This document shows, piece after piece, positions 1-11,382 of a stretch of DNA of 49,209 nucleotides. The notes beneath the pieces are model-generated. The model was not told the DNA's origin and did no database searches. It saw only the letters and a program-made list of their open reading frames with translations. The DNA lies in the NCBI GenBank assembly GCA_012862495.1, contig BLSG01000114.1, forward strand, positions 176,688 through 225,896. Direction: 5' to 3'. Origin of the DNA: Thraustochytrium aureum. Taxonomy: Eukaryota. Each line of letters begins with the position of its first letter. Position 1 is the stretch's first letter. A program made the translations under genes and the position numbers.

Positions 1-82
1 CACTTCGCCGTTCAAGTTCGGAGATCGTTCGTTCTCTCTCGCCGTTGGCGCCCATCATCCGTCGTCTTCCTCCTCACCGCTC

Positions 83-101
83 CAGCCAGCCAGCCTGCCA
101 G

Positions 102-133
<32 letters not shown>

Positions 134-136
134 CCG
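83..136. repeat. (CCAG/CCTG)n tetranucleotide microsatellite
   Basis: Tandem ccagccagcc/gcctgcctgcct units read directly; the same family recurs at ~38790-38860 and ~48722-48741. Confidence 0.9.
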
Positions 137-483
137 CCAGAGCGAGCGAGCCAGCGAAGACGCGAGAAAGGCCTTGCTTGCGGGGCGCTCCCCGAGACGC
201 ATCGGCTAGCTGCGGCAGCGCTGACAGCTAGGCTCGTCCAACAAGCGGCTTGGGAAGCATGATCGTGGTGGGCGGCACTTGCGCGCTGAACGTCGCCCAT
301 CATTTTTGTTGCCTTTTCCAACGTGGGCCGTGCGTGGTGGCCCGTGAGCCACGGGCCCGGCACGTGGGCTATGGGCAGTACCCAAAACGGATTCAGCCAG
401 CTTTGACAGCTCCTGCAGCAGCACCAGCTGCCGCGACAGCCCGAGCAAGAGAAAGCTGGAGGAATTAGCGACGGTGGCGGAAC

Positions 484-1626
484 ATGAATTTTCGTGCAGC
501 GGGTCGTGAGAAGCGAGAGCACTACCAAGGACCAGCGCTCCGGTCCAGCTTTGGGCCAACTCGGAGCCACTTCTTCCTGCACGAGCTTGCCGAGGAGCAG
601 CACGACCTGGAGGTTGGGGCGAACCAGGGCGGAGACGAATTCGACTTTGCCTTTCTGGAGATCGACTGCCTAGCGCAGGACACGGCAAGCGACACCACGG
701 AACAGCCGAACACCCCACACGAAGCCTTCTACGAGAGCAGCGACGCCAACGAACTCGCGAGGCTGGGACTGATGGCAAACGACAGTATTTCAAGCGAGAT
801 GCTCGAGATGCTCGAAGACATCAGCGAACCCTGCACGGCCCAGGTAGGGATCGAGCCCACACCGTTCCTGCCCGTTGCGGCGGCGCACGGCCAGCCCCCG
901 TCACGCCTCACCTCGCATGCCTCTGCTGAGCTCCTGGTCTCGTACTTTGGCGAAACAGACACCAGCACCGCAGGCTCGGCATCCGCTCCAATGCTCGAGA
1001 AAGAGCGCATGCACGACAACCAGCAGCTGAATCTTCTCGGCAACCCTGCAGGTCAGGAGGGTGCCCCGTTCACCTTTGACGCGGTCNNNNNNNNNNNNNN
1101 NNNNNNNNNNNNNNNNNNNNNNNNNNNNNNNNNNNNNNNNNNNNNNNNNNNNNNNNNNNNNNNNNNNNNNNNNNNNNNNNNNNNNNNNNNNNNNNNNNNN
1201 NNNNNNNNNNNNNNNNNNNNNNNNNNNNNNNNNNNNNNNNNNNNNNNNNNNNNNNNNNNNNNNAAGAGCCAATGCAAGCAACGCTGGTTCAAGGCCGACG
1301 AGCCGAACATCAAGAGCGGGCCCTGGTCCAGCGAAGAGGACCAGTGCCTCGTCCAAGCCGTACAGCGGTGCGAGCCCAAGTCGTGGAAAGATGTCGCCGC
1401 GCTCGTCCCGGGCAGGACCTCAAAGCAGTGCCGCGAGCGCTACAACATCACGCTCGACCCTTCCATCCGGCGGGGTACGTTCACGGAGGAGGAGGACCGC
1501 ATTCTGTGGGACCAGCGCCAACTGCACGGCAACAAGTGGGTCAAGTTCAAGGCCGCGTTGCCGGGCCGCACCGAGTCCCAAATCAAGACCCGCTTCAAGA
1601 CGCTCGAGCGCATGCTCCGGCGCTAG
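484..1626 (+). CDS. Myb-family transcription factor (likely three repeats, first one mostly in the gap)
   Basis: End of one repeat KSQCKQRW, then GPWSSEED...WKDVAALVPGRTSKQCRERY and GTFTEEED...HGNKW...LPGRTESQIKTRF. The N-terminal part is joined across the 1087-1263 gap. Confidence 0.85.
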   Translation: MNFRAAGREKREHYQGPALRSSFGPTRSHFFLHELAEEQHDLEVGANQGGDEFDFAFLEIDCLAQDTASDTTEQPNTPHEAFYESSDANELARLGLMANDSISSEMLEMLEDISEPCTAQVGIEPTPFLPVAAAHGQPPSRLTSHASAELLVSYFGETDTSTAGSASAPMLEKERMHDNQQLNLLGNPAGQEGAPFTFDAVXXXXXXXXXXXXXXXXXXXXXXXXXXXXXXXXXXXXXXXXXXXXXXXXXXXXXXXXXXXKSQCKQRWFKADEPNIKSGPWSSEEDQCLVQAVQRCEPKSWKDVAALVPGRTSKQCRERYNITLDPSIRRGTFTEEEDRILWDQRQLHGNKWVKFKAALPGRTESQIKTRFKTLERMLRR

Positions 1627-2074
1627 ACCTCGTGCAGCGATCGCTGCCGCCAACCATGTACAAGTACTCCTGAACGCGGACAGCACGTGCCCCGCGGCAA
1701 CGCGGAGAGTCCGCGCCAACTGATCAACAACAAACAACATGTAACCTATACCAGCACTTCCCAGAACCTGCGCCACCGCCTCCAGCCGCGCAGCTCGCTC
1801 CCATCGCGCTCGGCGTTGGCCGTCCAGCGCCGCCAGGCCGTTTCTCCGGCCGAGAGCCTGCCTCCAAGCCGCCCCGAGCACCTCTCCATCCCGCCAGCAA
1901 TCCCTCCCGCCGAGACTCGGCGCCATGTCGCGAAACCGGTCTAGCTAGAGGCCGCCGGCCCGCAGCAGAGCGCGAACGCACTTCGGCAGGCTCCGGGGCA
2001 GGCCCGCTGCCGAGTCAGGCGCAGAGCGCGCTCGGCGGGCGCCTGCGACGGGCGGGCTCGGGAGGCGCGCGAGG

Positions 2075-3156
2075 ATGGGGAAGCGCAGGCAGGCCGACGC
2101 AGGCCGCGAGTCGGCCGCGAGCAGCCTGGCGCGTCGAGCGAACACGCGGAAACGGGCAAGGCACGACGAGCTGCATGAAAGCGACTCGGATGAGGCTGAC
2201 CCGGGGAGAGCGACGCGGGCACGGAAGCGACCAACGGCGCCGAGAACGGCAACGGCGCCGACGAAGGCTCGAGCAACGCCAAGGATGGCAGCGCCACCGC
2301 GCTGGGCAGAGTCGCTGCCACGCAATACATTCTGCCCTCCAAGGAGCACTTTGTGGCCTTCTCGTCCTGGGACAGGTGCCCCAGGGCTGACCTGAGCGAG
2401 GACAGGCTCACGGTGGCGGGGTGGAAAGGGTACCGGTCCGCTCGGACGAATCATGGCGCCACCTCCGGGACCTGGTTTTGCGAGATGGTCGTCGAAGAGG
2501 CGCTGCAGACCGATGACTGCAAGGCGGTCGGTCACGTGCGCGTCGGCTGGTCCACCAGCGCCGAACGGGTCGACGGCCCAATCGGGCACTCGAACGCCGG
2601 GTATGGGCTCAGGGATGTGGATGGCGCCAAGATTCACGACGGTTGGCGCACTCCATTTGGCGAGCCCTTTGCCAAAGGCAGCGTAATCGGTATGCTTATT
2701 CACGTTGGAGATGCGGCGCGAAGCCGTGCACCCGGAGCTGTCCGCAGCGCTCGGTCGCTCGACGGCGAGGAGGAGGAGGATGTGGAGGAGGAGGAGGAGG
2801 AGACAACGCCGCTGACAAGAGGCGCGCGGGCCGGGGCCGCAGCTCTCCAGACTGGGGCGGGTACCAGCGAGCCTGGCGTAAAGGATACAGTTGCCGGTAG
2901 CTTTGTGCAGTTCTTCAAGGATGGCAAGGACCTGGGTGTCGCGTTTCGGGACCTTGTCCGCCCTGATCACCGAGGTTATTTCGCGCACGCCTCTGTTTAC
3001 CAGACTGCCTCTGTGCGGCTCAACCCTGGCCCAGTCTTTCAATTTCCTCCCGCTGGGCACCCCTCCGCGCGCCCGCTTTGCGAATTGGCGCCCCTGGCGC
3101 CCTTGGCGCCTCCAGAGGAAGAGGAGGAGCCCGTTGACGACGGGCCAGCGCTTTGA
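2075..3156 (+). CDS. ASH2L: ASH2L/Bre2-like SPRY-domain subunit of Set1/COMPASS; one frameshift at ~2203
   Basis: LSEDRLTVAGWKGYRSARTNHGATSGTWFCEM, GHVRVGWS, PIGHSNAGYG, FGEPFAKGSVIGMLI, GSFVQFFKDGKDLGVAF and VRLNPGPVFQFPP match the ASH2 SPRY domain. Adding one G to the run at 2203-2206 joins the ATG-2075 frame to the SPRY frame. Confidence 0.85.
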
Positions 3157-3325
3157 CGACATGCCAGCGCTGCGAGGAGCTAGGACGGAGGCCGCATATC
3201 ATATCACCTCGCGTTTAGTTTCAAAAAAATATAGACTATCGTTCGCGCGACCGAACCCCACTGCTGTTAGCAGCCCCCTCACGCAGAGCGAGCGGCCCGC
3301 TCACGCGGAAAACCGATCGGCAGGC

Positions 3326-3745
3326 CTACGGCAGCCCGAAGCAGGGCTCCACATAGGCCGGGTAAACGTAGAGGCCAAACACCACGGCGAAGAGGTGGCT
3401 CGCAAACTTGCTGGGAATCGCAGCCAGGAGCCAGGCGCACACCAGAGCTTGCAAGCACAGGGCAGCGGTCTGCTTGACGTAGAGCCAGACCGTGCGCCCA
3501 CTGCTCTCAACGCTCCCGCCAACGTCCTCGAGCGCGTTGTCATCAACAAAGCCGCGCGCGCGCTTTTGGGTTTTCAACGATGCTCCCGTAGCTTGGCATC
3601 CTTGGCTTGGGGGCAATGACGTCCACGTGGTTGCCTGCGGCCCCACCTCGCCCGTGCTCTACTGCATCCACAGCCAGCAGCGAGAGCGAAGCGCACCAGC
3701 CGGCAATAATCGCTACACCCTCATAGGCGGTTGTGAGCGCCCCCC
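3326..3745 (-). CDS. 3' end of a hypothetical membrane protein, 5' part lost in the gap; probable frameshift at ~3555
   Basis: Hydrophobic segments GVAIIAGWCASLSLLAV and TAALCLQALVCAWLLAAIPSKFASHLFAVVFGLYVY lie in two adjacent frames. Confidence 0.35.
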
Positions 3746-4409
3746 NNNNNNNNNNNNNNNNNNNNNNNNNNNNNNNNNNNNNNNNNNNNNNNNNNNNNNN
3801 NNNNNNNNNNNNNNNNNNNNNNNNNNNNNNNNNNNNNNNNNNNNNNNNNNNNNNNNNNNNNNNNNNNNNNNNNNNNNNNNNNNNNNNNNNNNNNNNNNNN
3901 NNNNNNNNNNNNNNNNNNNNNNNNNNNNNNNNNNNNNNNNNNNNNNNNNNNNNNNNNNNNNNNNNNNNNNNNNNNNNNNNNNNNNNNNNNNNNNNNNNNN
4001 NNNNNNNNNNNNNNNNNNNNNNNNNNNNNNNNNNNNNNNNNNNNNNNNNNNNNNNNNNNNNNNNNNNNNNNNNNNNNNNNNNNNNNNNNNNNNNNNNNNN
4101 NNNNNNNNNNNNNNNNNNNNNNNNNNNNNNNNNNNNNNNNNNNNNNNNNNNNNNNNNNNNNNNNNNNNNNNNNNNNNNNNNNNNNNNNNNNNNNNNNNNN
4201 NNNNNNNNNNNNNNNNNNNNNNNNNNNNNNNNNNNNNNNNNNNNNNNNNNNNNNNNNNNNNNNNNNNNNNNNNNNNNNNNNNNNNNNNNNNNNNNNNNNN
4301 NNNNNNNNNNNNNNNNNNNNNNNNNNNNNNNNNNNNNNNNNNNNNNNNNNNNNNNNNNNNNNNNNNNNNNNNNNNNNNNNNNNNNNNNNNNNNNNNNNNN
4401 NNNNNNNNN

Positions 4410-6736
4410 CTCTTCTTCCTCGCCCTCGTCCTCGTCGTCCTCCTCCTCGGCGCCTCCGGCACTCGCTGTTGGAGGCCACGCGCTCTCTGCGCGCGTTGGC
4501 GCAAGAGCCGCAGCGGAAGAGCGCCCCCGAGAGCGCGCCTGCGAGTAGACGTCTTTGGAGCTTCCCGCTGGGTCGCGCCTGAGCCCGCGGCGGCGCGCCG
4601 GGATATCTCCACTTGCAGGAGGCGGCTCCACCTTGACCTTTGCATCCACCGGCTCGGCCACCACGACCGAGTCGGAAGACGCCGCGGCAAGAGCTGCCGT
4701 GCCGTGCCGCTCGAGATGCGGCGCAGCGGTCTGTGCGTTTGCAAACCCAGTAGGAAAGTTGTCGTTGTCGTCAGCAAAATAGTACCCACCAAATGCGTTG
4801 ACGAGGCGCGGCAAGAATGGAGCGTCGCGCATGTCTTCCTCCAGCGACCCCGAGCGCGATGGCGGGGATTTCGCGCTGCCTTTCTCGGAGCCAGACGCAT
4901 GAGGCAAGGCTTGTTGGGCTTGCTCCGGCGCTGACTCGGCGCTCTGGAGCAGGTCGCCAGAGGATTCCTGGCCGTCGCTCTCAAGGGAGGGGACGCCGTC
5001 CGTGAGCTGGGTCTCGCTTGTGAGCGACAGCGTTTTGCGCACTTGGCGCGACAACCAGGAGGGGGCCCCAGAGCCGTCGCCAGTGGAGCGCTGCGTGATT
5101 CCTGCTGTAATTTCGTCCACGCCGTCCAGCAAGTTGCGGTACAGAGCGCCGCCGGGCACCGTGTCGAAGCCCTTTTTCTCCAACTCGCGGTAGTGGTGCA
5201 TATTGCGCAAAAAATTGGTGACGCGGAGCGGGAGCGGCACTGCCTTGACGTCCCGGGCCGCGCCGGTCTCGCGAACAGGCGGCGCCGACGCGGCGGTCGA
5301 GGCCCCCACGCCGCCCTGGTCGGCAACCTGCGCTCCGTCCAGCGGGACGACCGGGCGAGACTCGGCCTGGCTGTGCTCGCCAAGCGGGCAGCCCCCCGGA
5401 TCGGCAGCGTCATGGTCGACCTCTTTGCTTGACACAGGGGCGGGAACTCGCTCCGAATCGGACGGCTCCTCGCTCGCGGCAAGGGCTTGCCGAGACCGCA
5501 GCGGCGTGCCTGCGGACTCTACGATTCCCGCCATGCGCACCATGTTTGCCGGCACAGAGGCGGGCTGTGGCGGAAAGTAGCGCGGCATTGTCGACACGGC
5601 GCGAATCCAGGGGTGCTCCAACACCTGCTGCGCAGTGAAGCGTACGTGGGTGTCAAGCACGAGCAGGCGCGAGATCAAGTCGCGAGCCATGACAGAAACG
5701 CCCACCCAGTCGCGCTCGGGGAACGTGTATCGGGCCGTCACAATGCGCTGTTTGAGCTCCGTCTCCTTGAAGGGTGGGTAGCCGCACAAGAGGATGTAAA
5801 GAACCACACCGAGACTCCACATGTCCGCCTGCGTGGTGCAGTACCCCGAGGTGTAAATCTCCGGAGGGGCGAACAACGGCGCCGCAACCGTGCGCTGGAT
5901 CGGGGTGTTCGAGTACTGCATTTGCTCTGCGACCCCAAAGTCGCAAAGCTTGGCCACGTTGTCTGCAGTGCAAAGCACGTTATCCAGCTTGACGTCCATG
6001 TGCACCACGCCCTGCGCGTGGCACTGGCGCAACGCGCTCGCGATATCCCTCACGTAGCCGGCCGCGGTGCGCTCCGAGTACTGCACAGTGTCGTTGCGTT
6101 CCACGATCTTCTGCAGCAGGGTCTTCTCCACAAACTCGAGCACGTACAGCGCAAACGTCTGGCCCATCGCAAAGTCCAGCAGCTGGACCACGTTTTTGTG
6201 GCCGCACAGGCGCTGCAGGCGCGCTTCCTCGCGGCAGTCGTGGCGCCGGACGGCGTCGCTCAGGCCCTGGACGCGGATACGGACAAACTTTACGGCTGCA
6301 AGTTGGCCCGTCACCCGGTTCGTGGCCTTGCAGACTACAGCGGTGACGCCGCAGGCCATCGCCTGGACGATTTCGTATTTTTCTGCCAGGTCGGGGGCCT
6401 CGCGGGCAAACAGGTCGCTGATTCCGTCGACGCCGCGTTGCTCGCCCCACTTGCGCGCATAGTCGGCTTGTGCGTCGTGAAAGTCGCTGAATAGCTTGCG
6501 GCCCTTGAGTGCCAGAAGCGCGCGTGCAGACGCGTTCACGTCGCCCGCAACCCGCTCCCCAGTCCAAGCCCGGGATCGCTCTGCGTCGGGGCCTCTGCCT
6601 CCTCTGCAATTTTTTCTGTGCCGCCTCCGGGAGGCGCATGCCTTTTCCCGCCGCGCTGCGCCGCTCTCCTTCGCCTGCGCGCAACCTCTGGCGTAGCGGC
6701 CCAGTGCTCGGCCCCTCCGCTCACCTCGTTGCCCAT
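4410..6736 (-). CDS. CAMK/CDPK-like Ser/Thr protein kinase with long disordered C-tail; frameshift at ~6550; 3' end runs into the gap
   Basis: AAVKFV, HMDVKLDN, KLCDFG, PPE and DMWSLGVVLYILLCGYPPF motifs. The proposed ATG at 6736 (MGNEVS) joins the kinase frame with one extra G near 6550. Confidence 0.88.
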
Positions 6737-7020
6737 CGTCTTCCCGCGCAGCCGCGAGCGCCTTCCTCCAGCACCGCTGCGTTCAGAACAGATCGGTTGC
6801 TCGGGGCCCCAAGCGGCGCGGCACAACGCGCGCCCTCGACCGCGCACAGGGCGCCCCTTCGGCCCCAGCGACAAACCCCTCGGGCCCAGCGAGCGCGCAC
6901 CGCAACCAATACCGTCTCCGCAGCAGCGCCGCCGCCGCCGCCGCGCGTCCACTGCTGCGCAACGTCGCCTTCGCGCCCGCCTCTCTCGTCTCTAGTAGAG
7001 AGGGTACACAAGGCGAGACG

Positions 7021-7160
7021 AATGAGTGAACTACTCGTGAACAAATGAACTCAACTGAACTACGCACGAATGAACAAATGAATGCGAATGAACAAATGAA
7101 CTCAAATGAATAAATGCAAATGAACAAATGAACCCAAGAGAGCAAATGAACGAACGAACG
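7021..7160. repeat. Degenerate (AATGAAC/AAATG/GAAC)n simple repeat
   Basis: Repeated aatgaac, aaatgaa and gaac units in the intergenic region. Confidence 0.8.
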
Positions 7161-7490
7161 AGCCACAGTCTGTCACAGAGCAAGTGCCAGTGGAGCAACT
7201 CCGGAGCAGCGCAGGCAGCGCGGGGCCAGCAGTCGAGCTCTGGACGGCGCGACTGGCGCGCCCTCTAGAGCCTGCGTGGATCGGTGAAGGAAAAGAAGGG
7301 GGAAAGAACTTTGTTACAACGCGGGAGAAAACCGCTGGTGTGGGTGAACGTGGAAAGAAGAAAAAGCCTGCCTGAGGTCCGTGGCGCTGCGTCGCTGCAC
7401 AAGCGTCCGGCCTCATGGGAAATACGGTGGGGGGGGGCGCTGCGTGCACGCAGGCCCGTTCGACTCTGATGGCGGCAAGACGGGCCTCAA

Positions 7491-8747
7491 TCAGAAAGCC
7501 GAGCTAAAACAGGTGCAGTCCTCTGCAACCTCATCGAAGGAGGACGAACGGGACGACGCGGAGGCATCGTCAGCTGTGTGGCAGACTCGGCGCGGGCTGG
7601 GAGCTTCCGAAGCCGAGTCGAGCTTGCGCTTGGGGGTGCGTGCAGCGCCCTCGGCATGGGTCGCGAACGGCCCAGTCGCTTGGGCCGCCTCGAGATCGGC
7701 AAACTGCTGCAGGCACGTCGAGGTATCCAATGAACAATGACTCTCGTCGTCCCGAGCGTTCTCCAGCGAGAGTCTCTCAAGCTCGTTCCAGGTGCTAGGG
7801 TCAAGCCCGACCTTCGAGGGGTCGTCGACGAAGCCGAAGTTGGGCGCATGATCCTCGGTCAGCGAGGCAGAGCTCGAAGGGGAAGTGGACCGACTGGTAT
7901 CCGAGTCGCTGCTCTCGTCCACTTGGTCGCACTCGACTGAAATCGCCCTCGCGCCGTGCCAACTGTTGCGGGGTTCGAGACCCCGCACATTGTTGTTCAC
8001 CTCGCCCATTGCTTGGAATTCGGGGTGCGAGGGGCGGTGCGCAACGTGCTCGACCTGCGGTGGAGCGCTTTCGGGAAACACACCATCATCAGTGCTGTGC
8101 TGATGGCGCAGCGGGTGGTAGCCGTCAATCATGGCTACAAGGAGGTACTCTGGCGCCGTCGCAGGCAGCGAGCGATCCACATTCGGCGAGACGAGAGCCT
8201 GCTGCGCCACCCTCGAGAGGATTTCGTCGTGCGGCTGCGGGCTCGGCGGCGGGCTCGGCGGCTCTGGAGGCCTCAGCGGGCCGGCACTGGACATTTCGCT
8301 GGAGGAACTGGAAGCACTGGTGCAAAAATAGGCCGGCTGCCTGTTGCGCGCGCGGCCGTGGGCAGTGGTCCACTCTTCGAACGTCTCGCAGTTGGCCATG
8401 GTTTTGGAAACGTTGCGCGCCTCGTCGCGCAGGAATTTGTTTGCGGTGACTCTCTTCCGAGGGCTGCCCGCGGGGCCAGGACAGAACAGGACGACTAGGT
8501 TCTTTGGCCCGCCGCAATCGGCGAGGCAGCGTTGGAACATGTCTTCCTCGAAAAGACGGTCCCTGATGTAGGCGTTGCAGCCGTCGCTAATGTGAACCCG
8601 CACCCCAGGGGCTTGTCGCCTGGCTTCTTCGTTCGCCCGACGCATGTCGCTGAGCTTATTGCTGTGTTCGATGATGAGATGGGCCAGCATGAGCTGGAGC
8701 TCCTCGCGAGAGATGAAAAGAAGAACCGGGAGGCCCTCTAGGATCAT
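7491..8747 (-). CDS. Hypothetical protein, ~418 aa (ordered N-terminal ~140 aa, Ser/Pro-rich tail)
   Basis: Long open frame from MILEGLPVLLFISREEL with protein-like composition. No family recognised; the start could lie further upstream. Confidence 0.6.
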   Translation of the reverse strand: MILEGLPVLLFISREELQLMLAHLIIEHSNKLSDMRRANEEARRQAPGVRVHISDGCNAYIRDRLFEEDMFQRCLADCGGPKNLVVLFCPGPAGSPRKRVTANKFLRDEARNVSKTMANCETFEEWTTAHGRARNRQPAYFCTSASSSSSEMSSAGPLRPPEPPSPPPSPQPHDEILSRVAQQALVSPNVDRSLPATAPEYLLVAMIDGYHPLRHQHSTDDGVFPESAPPQVEHVAHRPSHPEFQAMGEVNNNVRGLEPRNSWHGARAISVECDQVDESSDSDTSRSTSPSSSASLTEDHAPNFGFVDDPSKVGLDPSTWNELERLSLENARDDESHCSLDTSTCLQQFADLEAAQATGPFATHAEGAARTPKRKLDSASEAPSPRRVCHTADDASASSRSSSFDEVAEDCTCFSSAF

Positions 8748-11382
8748 GTTGACTTGGATTGCTGGTTTCGTCCGCTGGGATCTTGTTGTCTTGTGCTTGC
8801 CCGAGCTGACCGACCGCTTACAGCCGCTGGGCTGTGGCGGGCGCTGCGACGGGCTCTTGCTCTTTGCTTGGCTGCGCGAGTGCTTTCCTGCGATTCTGCG
8901 ATTGGCGATTGGGGTCTGCTGCCGAGCTCGCGCTTGCAGAAAGTGAAGAAATATCTTTGTCTTGCAATCCTCCTTCCGAGTCTGTGGATGCCTGATTCCC
9001 AGCAGCGCAGTACTCACTACCTCTTTGAATTTTGACAAGCCTTGTGGCTGGCTGCCAACCCTTGCCAATTCGCCACTCGCCGAACTGGTGCGAGTTCGGA
9101 AAGAGGTACTTTGTCGTCGGTCTGCTCGCGGTCCCGCGGCGTTCGTCTTCAAGTTTCTCGTATTCATCNNNNNNNNNNNNNNNNNNNNNNNNNNNNNNNN
9201 NNNNNNNNNNNNNNNNNNNNNNNNNNNNNNNNNNNNNNNNNNNNNNNNNNNNNNNNNNNNNNNNNNNNNNNNNNNNNNNNNNNNNNNNNNNNNNNNNNNN
9301 NNNNNNNNNNNNNNNNNNNNNNNNNNNNNNNNNNNNNNNNNNNNNNNNNNNNNNNNNNNNNNNNNNNNNNNNNNNNNNNNNNNNNNNNNNNNNNNNNNNN
9401 NNNNNTTGTCTGTGTGAGCAGCAATGCTCGCTCGACTCGAGCCACGGTAGACCAAGAAATCGAGCCGCCGGCCCAGGAGCGCAACCAAAAAAGAGCAAGC
9501 TCAAACTTGAAAAGGAAGCTTTTCTTTCCCGAGAATGCCTTACTTGTCGCCCGCGGCGCGCGTGCACGGCGAGGAAGATTTCACCAGCGCGTTGACAGCA
9601 GCGAGCAGCACAGTGAGCGAAGAAAGGTCCGCAGATCCGCAGCGAGCAATTTTCATAACCGCCAGTCAATCAACCAACAACCAAAGTGCAAAGCAGTACA
9701 CGAGTGGTAGTCGTCTTCGCGCTCCACGAGTGGAGCCCGCACCTCCGTGCCAGACACCGCTGGCAGTGCGATCTTCTTGAGCGAGGCAGATGCATCAGAG
9801 CGCCTGCCAGTGCAGTGGTGAACACGCGGATCGGAGCGCAGCTGACCAGCTCTCTGCGATCACGCGCTCGCCCGCCTGCGCGAGAGCGCCAAAATCGAGC
9901 ACCGTGACCCTGCAACACTTCCCGCCCTCTCCACGGCGAGCAAGCCATGCAAGCGCCGCGAGAAGAGCAGCACAGATAGAGCGGGCGTCGTGTGGGGGCC
10001 GACCCTTGGGTTCTCTTCCTCGGTACTCGTAGTAGTAAGTGCCTGTCGGAAACGAAAAAATACTCGGTCGAAACGCAGTGCTTGGCTGGGAAGTAGGTAG
10101 AGAGCGTGGTAATCTGTCTATCTGTGTGACTTCGACCCTGCCGCCGCTCTCGGGCCGCCCAGCCCGCCAGGAGCGGAGAATACGCAGGCAACTGCCTCGG
10201 GGCGGGTCTGCTCGCCGCTGCGCGAGAAAGCCGCCGCGCGCTCGCCTCCTGTGCAAGATCCTGGCCTGGCCTCGAGAGGAAACGCAATCTGGGATTTTTC
10301 TCGCCTGGATTCCGGCGCTTGGTCCGCAGCGCGCTCTGTACCTGCGCTGCAGATTGTGGAGGAAGTAGAGTACCTCTTTCGCTCTCTGACGAGCGGCTCT
10401 GGGATCTATCGGCCTGCCTTCGCCCACTGCGTCCAAGGCCGCCTGTGCGGCCAGCCAGCCAGGCCTCGCTGCCCGAAGATCCATCGATCGCTGCTTGGCA
10501 AGATCCGGCTCGATTCCAGCGCAGCAGCACGCTAACTCGCGAGGCCTCACGCCGGCAGCAGGCTGGGCGGAGTGCTTTGACTCGGAGTCTCCCCTCTCTT
10601 CTTCCGTCTTACTCTATCCCTGAACGTCCTGGTGAACAACGCAGGCAGGCACTTGCGCTGGCAGAGAGGAGAGGGGAGGGGAGGGGAGGGGTTGCGCCGA
10701 GCAGTCCTTCCCCAACTTGAACGCGTTCGCAGCAGCTCCACTGTTCGGCAGTGTGGTTGACGACACTTGCTTGTCCGCTCCGCCCTCCGAGTCGACAGCT
10801 CATCGCTGCTCTCCTCCGCCGCCGCCGGCTCGGCAATGCGATGCAGTCGATCGTGAGCAGCGCTCCAACGAACGAACTATTGAAGGGGCGGCGCTGGTGT
10901 GGTGAGGTCGTTTGGAGAGCCGCTGGTGTGGAGCAGCCGCTGGTGTGGAGCCGCCGCACCCGTTCCCGCTCTCTCTCGAGCGAAAGCCACCAGGCGGGTG
11001 AGAAACCAACCCACTGGCAGCACTCGCTCGCGAGGCACGCCAGTTGTTTCACGTGCAAGGCAAGCGAGACGGAAGCAACTTGAAGACGGAGCGTTGATTT
11101 GCTCGCGGCAAGACAGAAGCAAGACGGCGGTTTGTTTCGCTCGCGAGGCACGCAAGACTGCGGTTGGCTTGGCTTCGCTCGCGGCTCGGAGTCGGATGTC
11201 TTCATCCACGTCTTGCTTGCTTCCCCCCAGTTGCACTTGCCACGGTCGATCCTCCAGCCCACCGGCATCTCGAGCAGCAAGTGCCGCTGCCAGCGCGCTT
11301 CCCGGCACGCGGCGAAGAGCCCGCCTCGTGAGACGGAGACTCGGACATCGGTCGGCAAGAGTGCTCTAGCTAGAGAGCAAGC

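Noticed and set aside
3543..6539. 998-aa kinase ORF as given in the track
   Set aside because: It is joined across a 664-N gap and uses a GTG start. The segment left of the gap may belong to another gene.
7021..7160. Possible CRISPR-like or regulatory repeat array
   Set aside because: It is a low-complexity simple repeat with no unique spacers, in a eukaryotic context without cas genes.
9406..11380. Short ORFs in the ~2 kb region between the orphan gene and the esterase
   Set aside because: Arg/Ala/Ser-rich random-looking translations; most likely a divergent promoter and UTR region.
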